Assembly (NCBI GenBank): GCA_024704765.1
Contig: JAKMXF010000315.1
Coordinates: forward strand, 124,001-188,000
DNA length: 64,000 nucleotides
Direction of reading: 5' to 3'
Origin: Oopsacas minuta
Taxonomy: Eukaryota; Animalia; Porifera
Below are positions 1 through 13,348 of this stretch, piece after piece; position 1 is the stretch's first letter; each line of letters starts with the position of its first letter. The translations under genes and the position numbers were made by a program. The notes under the pieces were generated by a model that had not been told where the DNA came from, ran no database searches, and worked only from the letters and a program-made list of their open reading frames with translations.

Positions 1-249
1 ATTTTAACTGTTGCCCGGACTAAAGCTACACTACCATCCACATAAGCCTATATAAGATGAGAAGAAGGTAGGACGATCTTGATCCTCTTTAGCTATCTGA
101 CAAAGATACTTGCCACATAACATTCTATTTGAAATGACCCTTGAAGGTATGAACATAAATACTTATATCTAATAATATGAGTGTTGAAAATTATTGTTCC
201 CTATAGTCATATATTAGGCTAATTATCAAACAATTTGCAATCACTACTA

Positions 250-732
250 CAAAAATCAATCGAATTTTCTAATTTCTAACTACCCAAGTCACGAATATGG
301 TGAGTATTTGATTATCCATACGATAATACGCCTGAAAGAACTCTATGACTGTGTTCACATTTTCTTAAAACAATCCCTGAAAGAATTTGGAATAATATTT
401 TCTAGCCACATTTTGCTCATCAAATGGATGTTGAGCTAAGTACACAAAAATCAATTGAGATTGAAAATTTCTGATAACATGTTTCAATTCCAAGGGTCTA
501 TACTAACCTACTATGAATATTTCGACTTATGTAAGAGCATATCTAGTTGACTTTCAAGTAAAGAATATTTAAGACACTTGTGGGTGAATTGGCACACCAC
601 TAGAATATTGGTATCAAAATGGATTAAGTAGGAAAATGATTTGAAATTCTCTAATTGACTTGCAAATATTTGTATAGTTAAAGATAAGTCGATTATTGCA
701 CCATTTTCATTCACATACGAAGTGCCGTACAC
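250..732 (-). pseudogene. Highly decayed hAT transposase fragment (tentative)
   Basis: ORF 511-732 reads QLENFKSFSYLIHFDTNILVVCQFTHKCLK, resembling the hAT L..F.F...L....IL.....L.K.LQ helix. Downstream frames give ARKYYSKFF and AYYRMDNQIL. Motif resemblance only. Confidence 0.3.
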
Positions 733-2701
733 AGATTTGATTTATCCTACTTGTGGCACATATTTATAAGTGCTATATACCAATACAACTTTCTGTAAAC
801 TGTTCGAAATAATCTTACTAAGAAATACCGACCCGTAGAAATAAAGAATTATCACAAAATTGTTCTATCAAATATGACTTATTCCCTAATCATCATCTAT
901 CGAATGAGTATTATGGTGGGTATTTATTCACATATAAATGTGACAATTTAGATATTGTTTAGAATTTCATTAGTATCAATCTATCTGGATAATACATCAA
1001 AATATGGTGATAACATCATAATTTGGTAATAAAATGATATGCATTCATGAATGTAAATAGTTATATTATCTTATAATTACAATTCTTTAATCAATTTTCT
1101 ATACGTTAATTGATTAAATGACCAATCATGTTCTATTGGAAAGTCCCTAGTTGAGATTTGTAATTCAACAAAATTTACAAGCTAACACGGAATCAACATT
1201 ATAGAATTTGAAGGTAATGTACAAATCTTTTCAGTCATATCCATTTAACAATTTTCCCCAGAAGATCTTTTATGCTTGGATCACCAAGAAGAGTATATCA
1301 TAAATCTCTAAATTATTCTGAAGGCTGAAATTCTGAATAACTTCAGCAAAATATATTATCAGGAGAACTCAATATAATCCAGTCCAGACCGCTTCATTGC
1401 TCTCAACTCATTATGATGTTCCACGCACGTTACTATCATTCAAGATGAAAAGGATGAACTTTAAATGTTGTATCATGATAGAGATATAGATATACAAACG
1501 GGAAACGAAGGACTTGATAAGCTAGGATGCTCACTTCAAATTCTAGAGATAATGATATGGCTTCTTTCTCAATGAGAATCAAAAGATTAAGCATGTTCAG
1601 CTACCAGCTAATGAAGATGTCTCAAATCAATGTTATCATAATGACGAAGTAAATTCCTTCATCAATTTGTACCATTTAAAAGTTCAAATATATGGATGTA
1701 ATGGTAATACAATTAAGAAACAGTTGCAAGCATCATCCAAACACAATTCTGTTGATTTTAACTGTGGTGTATTCAAGTAAGTGCGGGTGTAGTTAGAAAA
1801 TTGAATACAGAAGAAGAAAATTTAGTAAATCATCACTGACAATATTGTAAAGAATTCTCAACAATGAAATCAATGAACTCACTCGACAAGTTTACCAAAT
1901 TATGAAACATTTCGCTTATTGCCCAGGAGAAGATATACATAGAATCTATAAATGTTGATAATTTCCGTGTCGATAGGCAAAAATGTGTGCTTTTCTTGAA
2001 TCTGAACGATCTATACCAAGCATTACAAAAGAATAATTCCGAAATCAAATTAGCATTTCAAAATTTTGTGAGTTAGGATCAAAGAATTGTATTAAAGGTG
2101 GATCTGGATTCATATTCATTGTGATTTTAAAATATTCATCAGAATATCAAGATTATGGTTGCATCACTGACACTACAGGAAGGGTAAATATTATCGTTTA
2201 ATGGAAGAGATGACTGGTCACTCTGCTAAAACTGTTGAAGCTCCAATGTTTATAAATGTCCAGGAAGGAATAGATTAGAACAATACTACTGAACCAACTT
2301 CACAATACAATTATTGAGAAATGAAGTCTAGATAAATTTATACAATTGATATATTCTTATCGAACATTCGTGCAGCCGAGTAAGACCATATCTGATTTTT
2401 GGAATTGCGGCTCCATTATATTGATCAACTGACAACACATCATTGTATTGCTACAAACAAAAATCACTTTACTTGAAACATCATTAAAAAAATAACACCG
2501 AAGGGAGCTATAGCCATTCGAAACTTTGATGAGAACTATAGTTCACATAGTCCAAGATAAGGCAATCACTGGAAGAACTCTCAAGCTAAATTCCATCGAC
2601 TGGAGTATGTTACAAGGATGCTAACAACCAACTTCATTTGATCAAGCTTTGCGTAATCAAAGACTGCTTTAAACATGATTCAGTTGCAATTCATTCATAT
2701 A

Positions 2702-3602
2702 CAGTCAAGGGACAAAGGTATTCGACCACACAAATATATTGTCATAAATTGTATACTCTTTCCCGCTCCTATATATTGTGTGGTCTATATTTGTAGCTAC
2801 AATCTAGTAATTTGCAGAGAATAACATATGTTTTCAAGAATTTCAAAAAATACTTTTGATTACACTTTTGAAGGTGGTAATTATTAATAATTATTAGATA
2901 ATTATTGATAATCAAAATATATGGTAATTCAAAACCTATTAAGAATCTGTAATTTCTGACTTGATATTTGAATTCTACGTAGGCGAGTTATCCCAGATTA
3001 AAGTTTTCAATGGGATTGAGTAATTTTTACCAAACTTATAGAAGAATTTCAATTTGTGCCATTTGTGCCACCTTTTGAAGAGGTGGCACAAGTGGCCGCT
3101 ACCAAGAGGTATTTTGTAATTCAAGGGTTAGCATAGTCATGACATTCGTAATTATTACTATGAATTATTCCCCCTAACCCTAGTTGATTTCCTTGTAGTG
3201 GCGCTTTTTCCTGCCACCGGTGCCACTTTTTGCAACAAGTGGCACAAATTGAAATTCTTCTATAACTTTGGTAAAAATTACCCAATCCCATTGGAAATTT
3301 TAATCTGGGATAACTCGTCTACGTAGAATTCAAATATCAAGTCAGAATTTATAGATTCTTAATAGGTTTTGAATTACCACATATTTTGATTATCAATAAT
3401 TATCTAATAATTATCAATAATTAACACCTCCAAAAAGTGTAAATCGAAAATATTTTTTGAAATTCTTGAAAAACATATGCTATTCCATGCAAATTACTAG
3501 ATTGCAGCTACGAATATAGACTACACCATATATAGGAGCGGGAAAGAGTATACAATTTATGAGAATATATTTGTGCGGTCGAATACTTTTGTCCCTTGAC
3601 TG
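2702..3602. mobile_element. ~900-bp palindromic (foldback) MITE, Tc1/mariner-type, copy 1
   Basis: Begins CAGTCAAGGGACAAA and ends TTTGTCCCTTGACTG, with TA on both sides (2700-2701, 3603-3604). Arms of ~360 bp (2702-~3060, ~3240-3602) are reverse complements around a ~180-bp core. Non-coding. Two more copies in the window. Confidence 0.95.
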
Positions 3603-3949
3603 TATAATAAGTAGCCATTAAGTATTACGTTACTTGACAGAATTCTCCAACAATGCCGAAATGTTATTACCCCACGGATGGGTTAATCCTGTTTACATCT
3701 GGAGGATTTTGGAATCTAGCTGAATGGCATTTTTTTCAAATTGCATGTTACACATGATGCGACAGGAAGAACGCTGAAGAGGGAAATGATTAAAGCAAGT
3801 TTGAGAGGTACAATACTGTTAAAACTCTAACCCTCAACAACGCTATTAATGGTATTCAATGCCCATGACAGGCATCATAGCCTACTATATACAGGGTTTG
3901 AAACTACAGGAATATGTAAAGAATAGCAAGTTACAACAAAACAATTCCC

Positions 3950-4620
3950 CTGAAAGTGAAAACAAATGTGGCCACAACCTTGACATAGTCAATTGGCGTA
4001 TCATTGTGAACCACTAGTACTACTAAGTCAGATAATTTTGTGTCAGAATTTGCGCAGTAACCACAATTGAATTATCAGCCGTTTCAATGATCGACCGTAC
4101 AACCTTGATCTCTGCAAGTAATGAACTAGAATCGAAGCCATACAAATTATTAAACTGTTTAAAGAGTTGTAATCAAGAAAATGACACCAGTTCCTTCAAA
4201 ATGTCAAATTGAGTTCGTTCAGGGACAATGATATATAGTAGGCACAAGTACATGTTCCCTGCAATCTATTTGGTACGTGGTGTTGAATATCCTCAAGAAT
4301 CTTGTCCAATCTTTCTTCTCCTTCTGGGGATGGGTAATGGGACTTCCGCTAACTGGCATGTAGATATCTAGGAATCCCACATTTCATAAATTCAATAATG
4401 TTATCTCGAATATTCCTTAGCTGTGCATTAGTGCTCTCTACCAATAACACAGCTAAACACAAAGGTCAAGGGTTTCAGGGTATATACATTTGACAAATAT
4501 GTTGTTATCCTGAAGGAGAAGAAATTAGCAAAAAATTCAAAGCCAATTAGAACTCGTTCGCCCCAAGTGAATTTTGAACGACTTTCAGTATAGCTAGAGA
4601 AAATATTTTGTTATTATTCG
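3950..4620 (-). pseudogene. Decayed hAT transposase C-terminal remnant
   Basis: Minus-strand frames with stops: ERLDKILEDIQ, LYGFDSSSLLAEIKVVRSIIETAD..VTAQILTQNYLT, then TMSRL, in the order expected for the hAT dimerisation region. Confidence 0.4.
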
Positions 4621-5529
4621 AAGGCATAGTGTTGGTGGAGTACGAAAATGTCATCAGAATTGTGAAAATATGTATAATGACTTAGCATTAAGGTTCTGGA
4701 AATATTCCAACCGTGTCAACTACAATGCATTACTTGACCAGCTGTCCATAATAATTTTAATACAAGTTTTCTTTCCAAACCTAATGAGGGTCGATGGATT
4801 ATATGTCTAAAATGTATTTTTGAAATTTTCATTAATTTTTGAAATATTATATTTTGAAAAATTATACGCAGAAGTTACGCGAGTATAAGACTAGGTTCAA
4901 CTTAAATCACTAATTTGACTCACTTATGCTCATCAGATTTAAACGAAATTAGTATCATTGGAAAGAGGAGAGCTGAACGTTTTATCCAACATGTTTTGAT
5001 GTATATTCAATTTTAGGTATTCTTTGTTAAAGTTTTTGGAGTCACGACTCCCTTGAATTTACCCACCTAAAAGTCAGAACTCGATTCTGAATTTCTATAA
5101 GCATTCTTGACATGGATGCTATAAAAATTGAATTTCATGAAAAATATTAAAAATTCGGGGAGCTAAAAGAATCCAATTGTCGAGTGTGAGAGTGGTAGAG
5201 AATAAATCATATTCTACATAAAGTAGGGTCAGTTCAAACTCATGTTTTTCATCCTATATCCGACTAAAATTCAAGTATTTTTATGCTAATCGATAGTTGA
5301 GATATAGACGTTTATAACAATGTCGATATTATCGTGAAAAACTAATCACCAGCAACGGCCTGCAAAGATGGATAAATTCTCAGGATTTTCGTGAATTTTA
5401 AATTCTAACTTTGAGATCAATTCTTGAAGTTATTACTCATCACAACCCCTTCAAAATACATTGATACATTCTTCCATATCTTATAATTCAATTTCCTTAA
5501 AAATCCAGAGGGTCGCTAACAATTTTACA

Positions 5530-6510
5530 TTTGGTGATAGCATATAGTGAAGGATTCATCATCATTTTGTGTCAATGATAAACTTCATTGTTGTCCCTGC
5601 TACATAGCCTCTAATTAGGAAAGTTCAAAGATTATAGTTTTCATAAGTTATCTGCATAAAGATGACATTCCTAATTGGGTAGTTGGTTTTGTTGATTGTT
5701 GGTCAGGTCTTTCAGCTAAAGGTATTTCAAATTCAATATTGTAAATGCTGAGACAATTGGAATTGGATCCAGATAAATACGTCGGATTTGGGTTTGATGG
5801 GGAATCAATTAAATTTGGAATTGAGGTGTACAAGCAATATTCAGGGGTACTTACATTCGGGATAGTTATGTCCATTGCCACTCTCACAGACTAAATCTCG
5901 TACTACAGAATGTTGCTACTAAAGATGAAGAATTAATGAAGTTATTTAGTTTGACAGAACGCAATAAGACCATTCAAGTTGATGGATGAAATTACATCTA
6001 AATTCTAAATCACAGCTTGGGATTCCAGAGTAAAATGAGCTTGACCAGTTCTTCCACGTTTTGATAACAACTTTGATAGTAATTTTCGATATATTTTTAT
6101 GGCAGCATATTATTAGGGATCGATCGTCGACTTCCTGAAGATAGTATGAGATTTTCATTCTACTCATAATATACTAACGAGAAATAATTACTATGAAAGT
6201 GAATTGACCCAAAGATTCAAAATATGCATTCCCAAAGTGATGCAATTATGCTTAATGTCTATTCTAAATTTTCTCTTATATAGAAGCCACATTTGCTGGA
6301 ACTGACAACAGTTTGTGATCCTAATATATGTCACAATATATTAAAATTGTTGAATATTCTTATAGTTTGTCAAGTCACAACATTGTGTGGTGAACGTTTG
6401 TTCTCTAGTGAAAATCAAATCCTCGGTTCTTATCGAGCGAGCATGCGGACGACAAGAGTGTGGAATTTATTACAACTCACTTTTGAAACAGGGCCACTTC
6501 AAGAAACTAC
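5530..6510 (+). pseudogene. Decayed hAT transposase
   Basis: AKGISNSIL*MLRQLELDPDKYVGFGFDG near 5716-5800 matches the catalytic-core G.G.DG motif. QVTTLCGERLFS...RASMRTTRV in ORF 6293-6553 matches the hATC V...ERSFS...R..M...RL motif. Confidence 0.65.
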
Positions 6511-9500
6511 TCTTATAGTAGAAATTTTTCTGCCAAAGATGGCCTTGAAATAGTATGTATGTCTTTATGAGGCTATATTGTTACCAAATATTAGATTCGA
6601 AGATTAGGCTGGAATAGATAATACATTTTTGCACAATCCTGCCATCATTACAAATAAGTGTATTTATGACCATTTCATTCGGAATGTAAATCTCAGGTAG
6701 TCATATACTCATTAGTTATTAGTATATTAAAAGAATTGAATGTTTGATTTCGCTTGGCCAGCTCCAAAAGATTATGGGTTATATAAATTGCGATCATATC
6801 CCAAAGTAGTTAGTATGCAGATAACACTACTCTTCTACGCAAAAGGCATTTTTGTATCAGATTCTATTGTCACTCAAATCTAGTATTTTGTTACGTCAAT
6901 GAGTGCTGAATCTATTTGGTCGCGGAGGGAAGAATACAACAATAAATTTAGCTATTTTATTAATACTTTTAAAGGAATATCCACACTGAAACTACACTCT
7001 GTAGAAGATTTGCTCGAATCCGCTTCATAAATGTATTAACTCTATGATTAAATGGTGACCATCCTTATTAACATCATCAAAGAGTTGCCAAGCATCACTA
7101 ATTAACCTGTTAATGGAGAATCCAGAACGAACCCAGTTAATGCTATTAATTTCTTCATCAGATGCAGTACATAGCTAACAAGAAGCTCCTTCAGATCCAT
7201 CTAACAGTCCAGGAATCTTGGTATCAAAAAGAGAACGGACAATATCAACTTGTACATGTCCTCCTATAAGGGATAATCGTTCAGAAATACTTGCCTAGTT
7301 TGGGATTGAAAATTTTATCCATGATAAAATGAACAGTACTATAATAATCTTCAAATGCTATCAACGCAACCGGTCTATAGCAAAAGGGGGAGTTAGGAGA
7401 ATGGTTGTAGTAGACGTTGTTTCCAACTGTATCTGCTATCGATAATATTTTGAATCCAAATAAGATGAAACATTTAGACTAAAGACAGGGTTATTATTTT
7501 GTTGGTTATAGGTACGATGAGATCCGGAACCATCTAATCCATAGGATATCTTAACTTTGAGCAGATATTGTGAATTAAAATTGACACCAAAGTTGAAATC
7601 AAGTGTTCAATTGTAAGCTTTAGCATAGAATGATAGGAGTTACAAGTTCTTATTGGGAACCTTCAAGATCATTGACTATCTCAATCTCATCTATCACAGA
7701 TATCTCCACGATTTCTGGAGATAAGCCCATAGGATGGTAATTGAACTTGACAATCTGGACTTTTGTGAATTTGATAGTTGCTAGCTCCAATCTTTAAATA
7801 GTCAAACAAAAAGCAAATTCATTGATCGACGCTTTGGGCAAGACCCCGCTAAAAGAACCCTTGTGATGATCTCCTTACACAGTTATGAAGTATCACGATC
7901 AAATGAATTGTTAGAGATGAATTCTAAAGCCAGAGAAGCTAGAAGTTTGGGCTAGATATTTTCTTTTACAGATAGGAAATGAATATGGTCTAAAATAATC
8001 CGTCTAGATCTGGAAGTTTGAAGCTTGAAATTAAGTAAATGCAATCTGGAATCATGGACAATTTCTCGAGAGAAATTTCTACTTTCTTAAATAGAAACTT
8101 TACAAAAGGACATTAATTTAGGATCGAGTGAAATTTTCTTTTCCTCGGAATGGAAGTTGATAGAGGAGAGGTATATGAATGGAAGGCCAAATTCTCAAAA
8201 GTCTAAAGATCACTCTTCTTCCGGTAATACACACTAGATGATATAAGGAACTTGAACTTATATAGTTATTATGTTATTCATGAGAAATATTGTTATCATC
8301 AATAATAAACTGAACCGTTGCCTTAGGACTTTTGCCCTTTGAAATATAGAAATATATGCCTCATTGTTGATCACAACAGAACCCATTACTTCACTAGGAG
8401 TTATTATTAGACATAAAAGATGAAATTATTTTAGTGTATCACCAAAATTGACATGAGGATAAGAATATATAGAATTTACGTGAATTTCAAGAACATTCAA
8501 AAACAGATTGCTCGGATTTTGTCCAGTCCAAGCATTGATGTACTAAGAATATATTTGTGCGCCCCGATGCAAGTCTAAAAATTGGTGAAGAATTTCAAAA
8601 ATGTAAGAACTATAAGCGATTAACAATAATTTATCATCTTCTCCTGCATCTGGAAGATGCTGCATTCCAAACACTATATCAGAACTAAAAGATTTCCCTC
8701 TAGGCTATCAAAAACTAGACTAGACAGCCAAGCAAATATTTGGAAACAATGATAATTAATTATAATAATTGCATAAACTGTTCTAATATTAGAAATACGT
8801 AAAATTGAAGATTAAGTACAGACGTTATATAGCATATATTTGGAATAATATCGTTGTTAACGTAGTTAGGTATTAACTAATGCTGTTAGTTATTTACTAT
8901 ATTCTAAATAATGATCACTTTACCCGATGAAATCGAAATTCCTATGGCTCATACAAAAGTAATCAATATTTTCCTATTAAGTCGACGATGGAGATTAACA
9001 TCTGGCCACGTATTTATGATAGTATTCAGGATACGGCATTATACGATATATCAATAACCAAGTTGTTAGTGCAAGAAATAACGTAAAAGGTTAGGAAGTT
9101 GAATTTTTAAGATAATAAACGGGATCCATTATACATGACTTCTTCATCTGTTAATGTGAAAGTAAATCACTATAATTTCAGATATAACGTTAAGATGTAA
9201 GTTAAGGAGTCTTGCAAAGTTATATACGTTATGGAGGTGAGAAATGTATACAATACATAGCTTAAGTATCTTGAATACAATTGTTATCGCTTTCTATTCA
9301 TAAAAACAAAATCACATAGCATATGATCAACTCAAAAGCGTGGAAATCCGATTCAGTATATTCGAACATGGTTAACCAATTTAGATTGAATTATGTTTAC
9401 GTTGTTGGTTTACACGATAAATAAATATGTAAATTTGCGAACTCAGAAGTAGAACGGATACAAAGTATTGTCATAAAATCAGTCCTATCTAAAGTAAATA

Positions 9501-10099
9501 ACTGGATAAGTTCGATTAGACCGATGGCGAAATCCATTTTGTTTGCAGGTATGCCTACAGCGTGACTCAAACCTTGAAAAGAATTTCAAAGGATTGCGCA
9601 TATGCTGGGTATGTGTACTTATATGTTGGTCAATTCTTTGGTTATTGAAATAGGATGGATGACCGTCAGAAGTTTAAGGTACATGATATGGATCCATATA
9701 CCAGGAATCCTGGAACAGTACTCGGAGACCGAGTAGAGGTATAATTTGTGAAGGTTTGAAGAAGAACCTCTATTTTTGTATGAAATATAACGAATTGAAT
9801 TGCTTATCCTATGGAATCTATAGAAATTATGGCTAATTCAATGTTATGGGAGAGTAAAGTAAAATATTGTGGGAACAAAGAATCATGTATAATTAGCATG
9901 ATGAGGGGATACATACAACAATGACAACATCCACCCAAGATCCAACGCTAGTGTAGCCAAATAATCCTTCTCACATTGTCAGACTTTAAGAACAGAGATA
10001 TCTATCAAATGATCGTATTTGGATACCGAACTGAACGAGCTCGTGACCTAAGGTAAGAATACACGTAAATAAACAAACAAAATATCAATTAGAAATTTT

Positions 10100-10166
10100 T
10101 ATGCGGGCCAGGTAATACCTTTGGCGGGCCAGATTTAGTCCGTGGGCTACATAAAGAGAACACCTG
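10100..10166. mobile_element. Terminus of a Charlie/Buster-type hAT or derived MITE
   Basis: GCGGGCCAGATTTAGTCCGTGGGCTAC...GAGAACACCTG resembles the typical GCGGGCCGGATTTGGCCCGCGGGC..CTG right end. The other end was not found. Confidence 0.4.
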
Positions 10167-10189
10167 ATCTAAAATGTGCAAAGGAATGT

Positions 10190-10550
10190 AATCTGAGATA
10201 TAATTGTGAGAAACAAACTAACATACTTCCATTTGCTGAACATGCTCAACAATTTCTAATTGACCTTGCAGTTCTTTAAGCAAAAATGGAACATGATTCC
10301 CAATATTTTTGCATTGTTTATCCTCTAAAACACAAGCATTTCTTTGAAAAGGAACACATAATGTCTCAAGAATCAACCGGAGGGCATCACAATAACGACA
10401 ATATAGAAAAGTATTTGGAGCAAAATAGATAGAAGTCAAGAAAGATTCAAAATAATCTTCTCTGATCAGCGCTGTTATGATACCAAATTTTATCAAACAA
10501 CAAAAAGCTTCTTCGATAATCAAAACAGATTTTGAATGTAAAATTGAGTA
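10190..10550 (-). pseudogene. Buster/GTF2IRD2-type hAT transposase fragment
   Basis: TALIREDYFESFLTSI and NIGNHVPFLLKELQGQLEIVEHVQQM align by eye with the Buster-type ALNHRQF..FL..I and DI..HLN.LN..LQG motifs. The fragment stops at the hAT terminus at 10166. Confidence 0.5.
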
Positions 10551-10962
10551 CTGAATGATATCCTCAATATCACGAGAATACAGCTGAACCTAAAAAAGAT
10601 AAAAACAAAATAGAAAATTGTCCGAAACAGAGATATGATTGAATAAAAAGCTTCAACCATCTAGCTATGAAATATAACAGACATGAAATAATAAAGAATG
10701 TAGTTGATCTCGAGAAATCAAACTAGTATTTATTGAGATATTATCAAGAATGAATTGTATCGTCATTAAGGGTACAATCAGGGATGTATCTAATCCGAGC
10801 ACCATGTTACAAAAACTGTGAGAATTAATTGGATAGTTTGAGGTAATTTCAGGTAGAATTGAGTAACCTTTAGTTGCACAGGTGTCCCTGACCGTTTTTG
10901 GGACTGATGTTCCTGAAATTGGAGTGATTGACCTTCTCTAGAAAGTGTTGCTAAACACCAGC

Positions 10963-11130
10963 CAGGGGTGTTTTTAGGAGAATTTTTCAGGGGGAGCTAA
11001 TCGATGTTTCACGATTTAGAGGGAGGCATAGTTTGGTGCTAAAGTTCAAAACATGACAATAGCTCAGGGCGGGGCGAAACCATATTCAGCGGGGGCATTT
11101 TAAACCCCTCAAATCAGCTAAAAAATCTTG
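10963..11130. mobile_element. Degenerate short GC-rich hAT-like MITE (tentative)
   Basis: Starts CAGGGGTGTTTTTAGGAG, contains G-runs and has a degenerate complementary end CTAAAAAATCTTG. No clear TSD. Confidence 0.3.
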
Positions 11131-11840
11131 CGATCAGAACCAATAATAGATCATAGTTATGAGTGTAATTATAGGGTATTTTCACAAAATAAGTTGAAAA
11201 ATCTTAGTTGGTATACTTGTCTGTTGAAAAGGAATGGAAAATCTTGTTTCTTGAAAATATTCTTTAATCTAAACACATATCAAAACTTACATACAGAAAT
11301 CCATCACTAATCGCGGGAATTACGTTACTGAATGTTGCAACGAACGAAAAATTCACGAACGGAAAGCTAGAGTATAATAAGAATAGTTGGGTTAGGTTCT
11401 TTAATTTAAAGATAACACACAAACTATGTTACTAAAATTCAATCAATATCAATAATGGACAACAGCTATGAGCTTAACAATAGGGTTGCTTCATAAATTG
11501 AGGTGGAAATTAGCAACTAAATACTTGAGTGGGAGAATGACAAATCTTGCTTAAGATAATGTATAGTATTGCAATATATGAAATATGGAAATCAGGGTTG
11601 GGTTCACGTACAAATATATTAAAATAATTTTGTACGTCAATATAATTTTTTGTGTGACGAAATCGTGTATAGCCGAAGGGAAGGATCTCAAATAATGAAA
11701 TAAGAAACAAAATAACATCCGTGAATAGTTGAAACCGCGAACGGCTAGGGGTGCATATATATTAGGGTAATGAGTGACATGATGTGCATATTCCTAAACG
11801 AGAAAACACAAACTAAATCAATGTGATAGAAAAGAGAATA

Positions 11841-12238
11841 CAGTCGACTCCGGTTAATCGGACCACTTTTGTCCAGAGTAAAGTGGTCCGATTAACCGAA
11901 AAATCTTATCATCAATAATTTATTGCTAGATAAATATTTCAAGTCAATGGTAATCTTATTGCTAATTGAAAAAAGGAGTAATTGATTGTTGCTTAAGTGA
12001 TCTTTCAGCATTTAGGTGAATTTTGTCAGCACAATCATCAATTTTAGTTCTGTCTAACACTTGCTCAATAAAATATCCAAATTATATACACACCCAATCA
12101 AATTTTTGATGAATACATTGACTACAAAAAAATAATGGTCCGATTAACCGCAAAATGTTAAATATTAATCCTGGATTAGATTCCCTCCAGGAGAAAATGG
12201 TCCGATTAACCAGTGGTCCGATTAACCGGAGTCGACTG
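11841..12238. mobile_element. 398-bp pogo/Tc1-type MITE
   Basis: Perfect 26-bp TIRs CAGTCGACTCCGGTTAATCGGACCAC, TA on both sides (11839-11840, 12239-12240), and internal repeats of GGTCCGATTAACC. Confidence 0.93.
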
Positions 12239-12446
12239 TATAAGAAATATGTAGATAGACCTACAAATTTCTATCAAATTAGTTATGTGTGCAGGGAAAA
12301 CAGCGAATGGTCGAGGGAATTAGTACGGAACAAAAGACAAATCAAAAACTATCACTCGCAAACGATTGTCAATCACGTTCAATAGAGCAATAAAACGAGA
12401 AACAATCTAGATTCGACAATTTAAATGCATAGAAAATTTTAAAATA

Positions 12447-13348
12447 CAGTTAAGGGACAAAAGTATTCGACCACACAAATATATTATTATAGATTGTGTA
12501 CTCTTTCCCGTTCCTATACACTGTATAGTCTATGTTCGTAGCTGCAATCTAGTAATTTGCATAGAATAACATGTTTTTCAAGAATTTCAAAAAAAAATTT
12601 TCGATTTACACTTTTTGAAGGTGTTAATTATTAATAATTATTAGATAATTATTGATAATCAAAATATGTGGTAATTCAAAGCCTATTAAGAATCTATAAT
12701 TTCTGACTTGATATTTGAATTCTACGTAGGCGAGTTACCCCAGATTGAAATTTCCAATAGGATTGAACAATTTTTACCAAAGTTATAGAAGAATTTCAAT
12801 TTGTGCCACTTGTTGCAAAAAGTGACACTGGTGGCTGGAAAAAGCGCCACTACAAGCAAATCAACTAGGGTTAGGAGGAATAAGTCATAGTAATATTTTC
12901 GAATGATATGACTATGCTAACCCTTGAATTACAAAATAACCTCTTGGTAACGGCCACTTGTGCCCCTTGGGCAAAAGGTGGCACAAATGGCACAAATTGA
13001 AATTTATCTATAACTCTGGCAAAAATTGTTCAATCCCATTGAAAATTTAATCTGGGTTAACTCGCCTAAGTAGAATTCAAATATCAAGTCAGAAATTATG
13101 GATTCTTAATAGGTTTTGAATTACCACATATTTTGATTATCAATAATTATCTAATAATTATTAATAATTAACACCTTCAAAAAGTGTAAATCGAAAATAT
13201 TTTTTTGAAATTCTTGAAAAACATGTTATTCTATGCAAATTACTAGATTGCAGCTACGAATATAGACTATACAGTATATAGGAGCGGGAAAGAGTATACA
13301 ATTTATGACAATATATTTGTGTGGTCGAATACTTTTGTCCCTTAACTG
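12447..13348. mobile_element. ~900-bp palindromic MITE, copy 2 (opposite orientation to copy 1)
   Basis: CAGTTAAGGGACAAAAG...CTTTTGTCCCTTAACTG, TA on both sides (12445-12446, 13349-13350). Arms and core are near-identical to copy 1. Confidence 0.95.

Noticed and set aside
3171-3183. Telomere-like CCCTAACCCTA in the MITE core
   Set aside because: Fewer than two full units, which is expected by chance.
7050-8400. Possible LINE reverse-transcriptase remnant
   Set aside because: Only isolated two-to-four-residue motif matches across many stops, which is not enough to support a call.
10227-10550. 108-codon minus-strand frame with perfect AG/GTATGT boundaries, initially read as a host exon
   Set aside because: The translation matches Buster-type hAT motifs, and similarity seems to continue past the apparent donor, so a TE remnant is more likely. 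Spliced reads could revive the exon idea.
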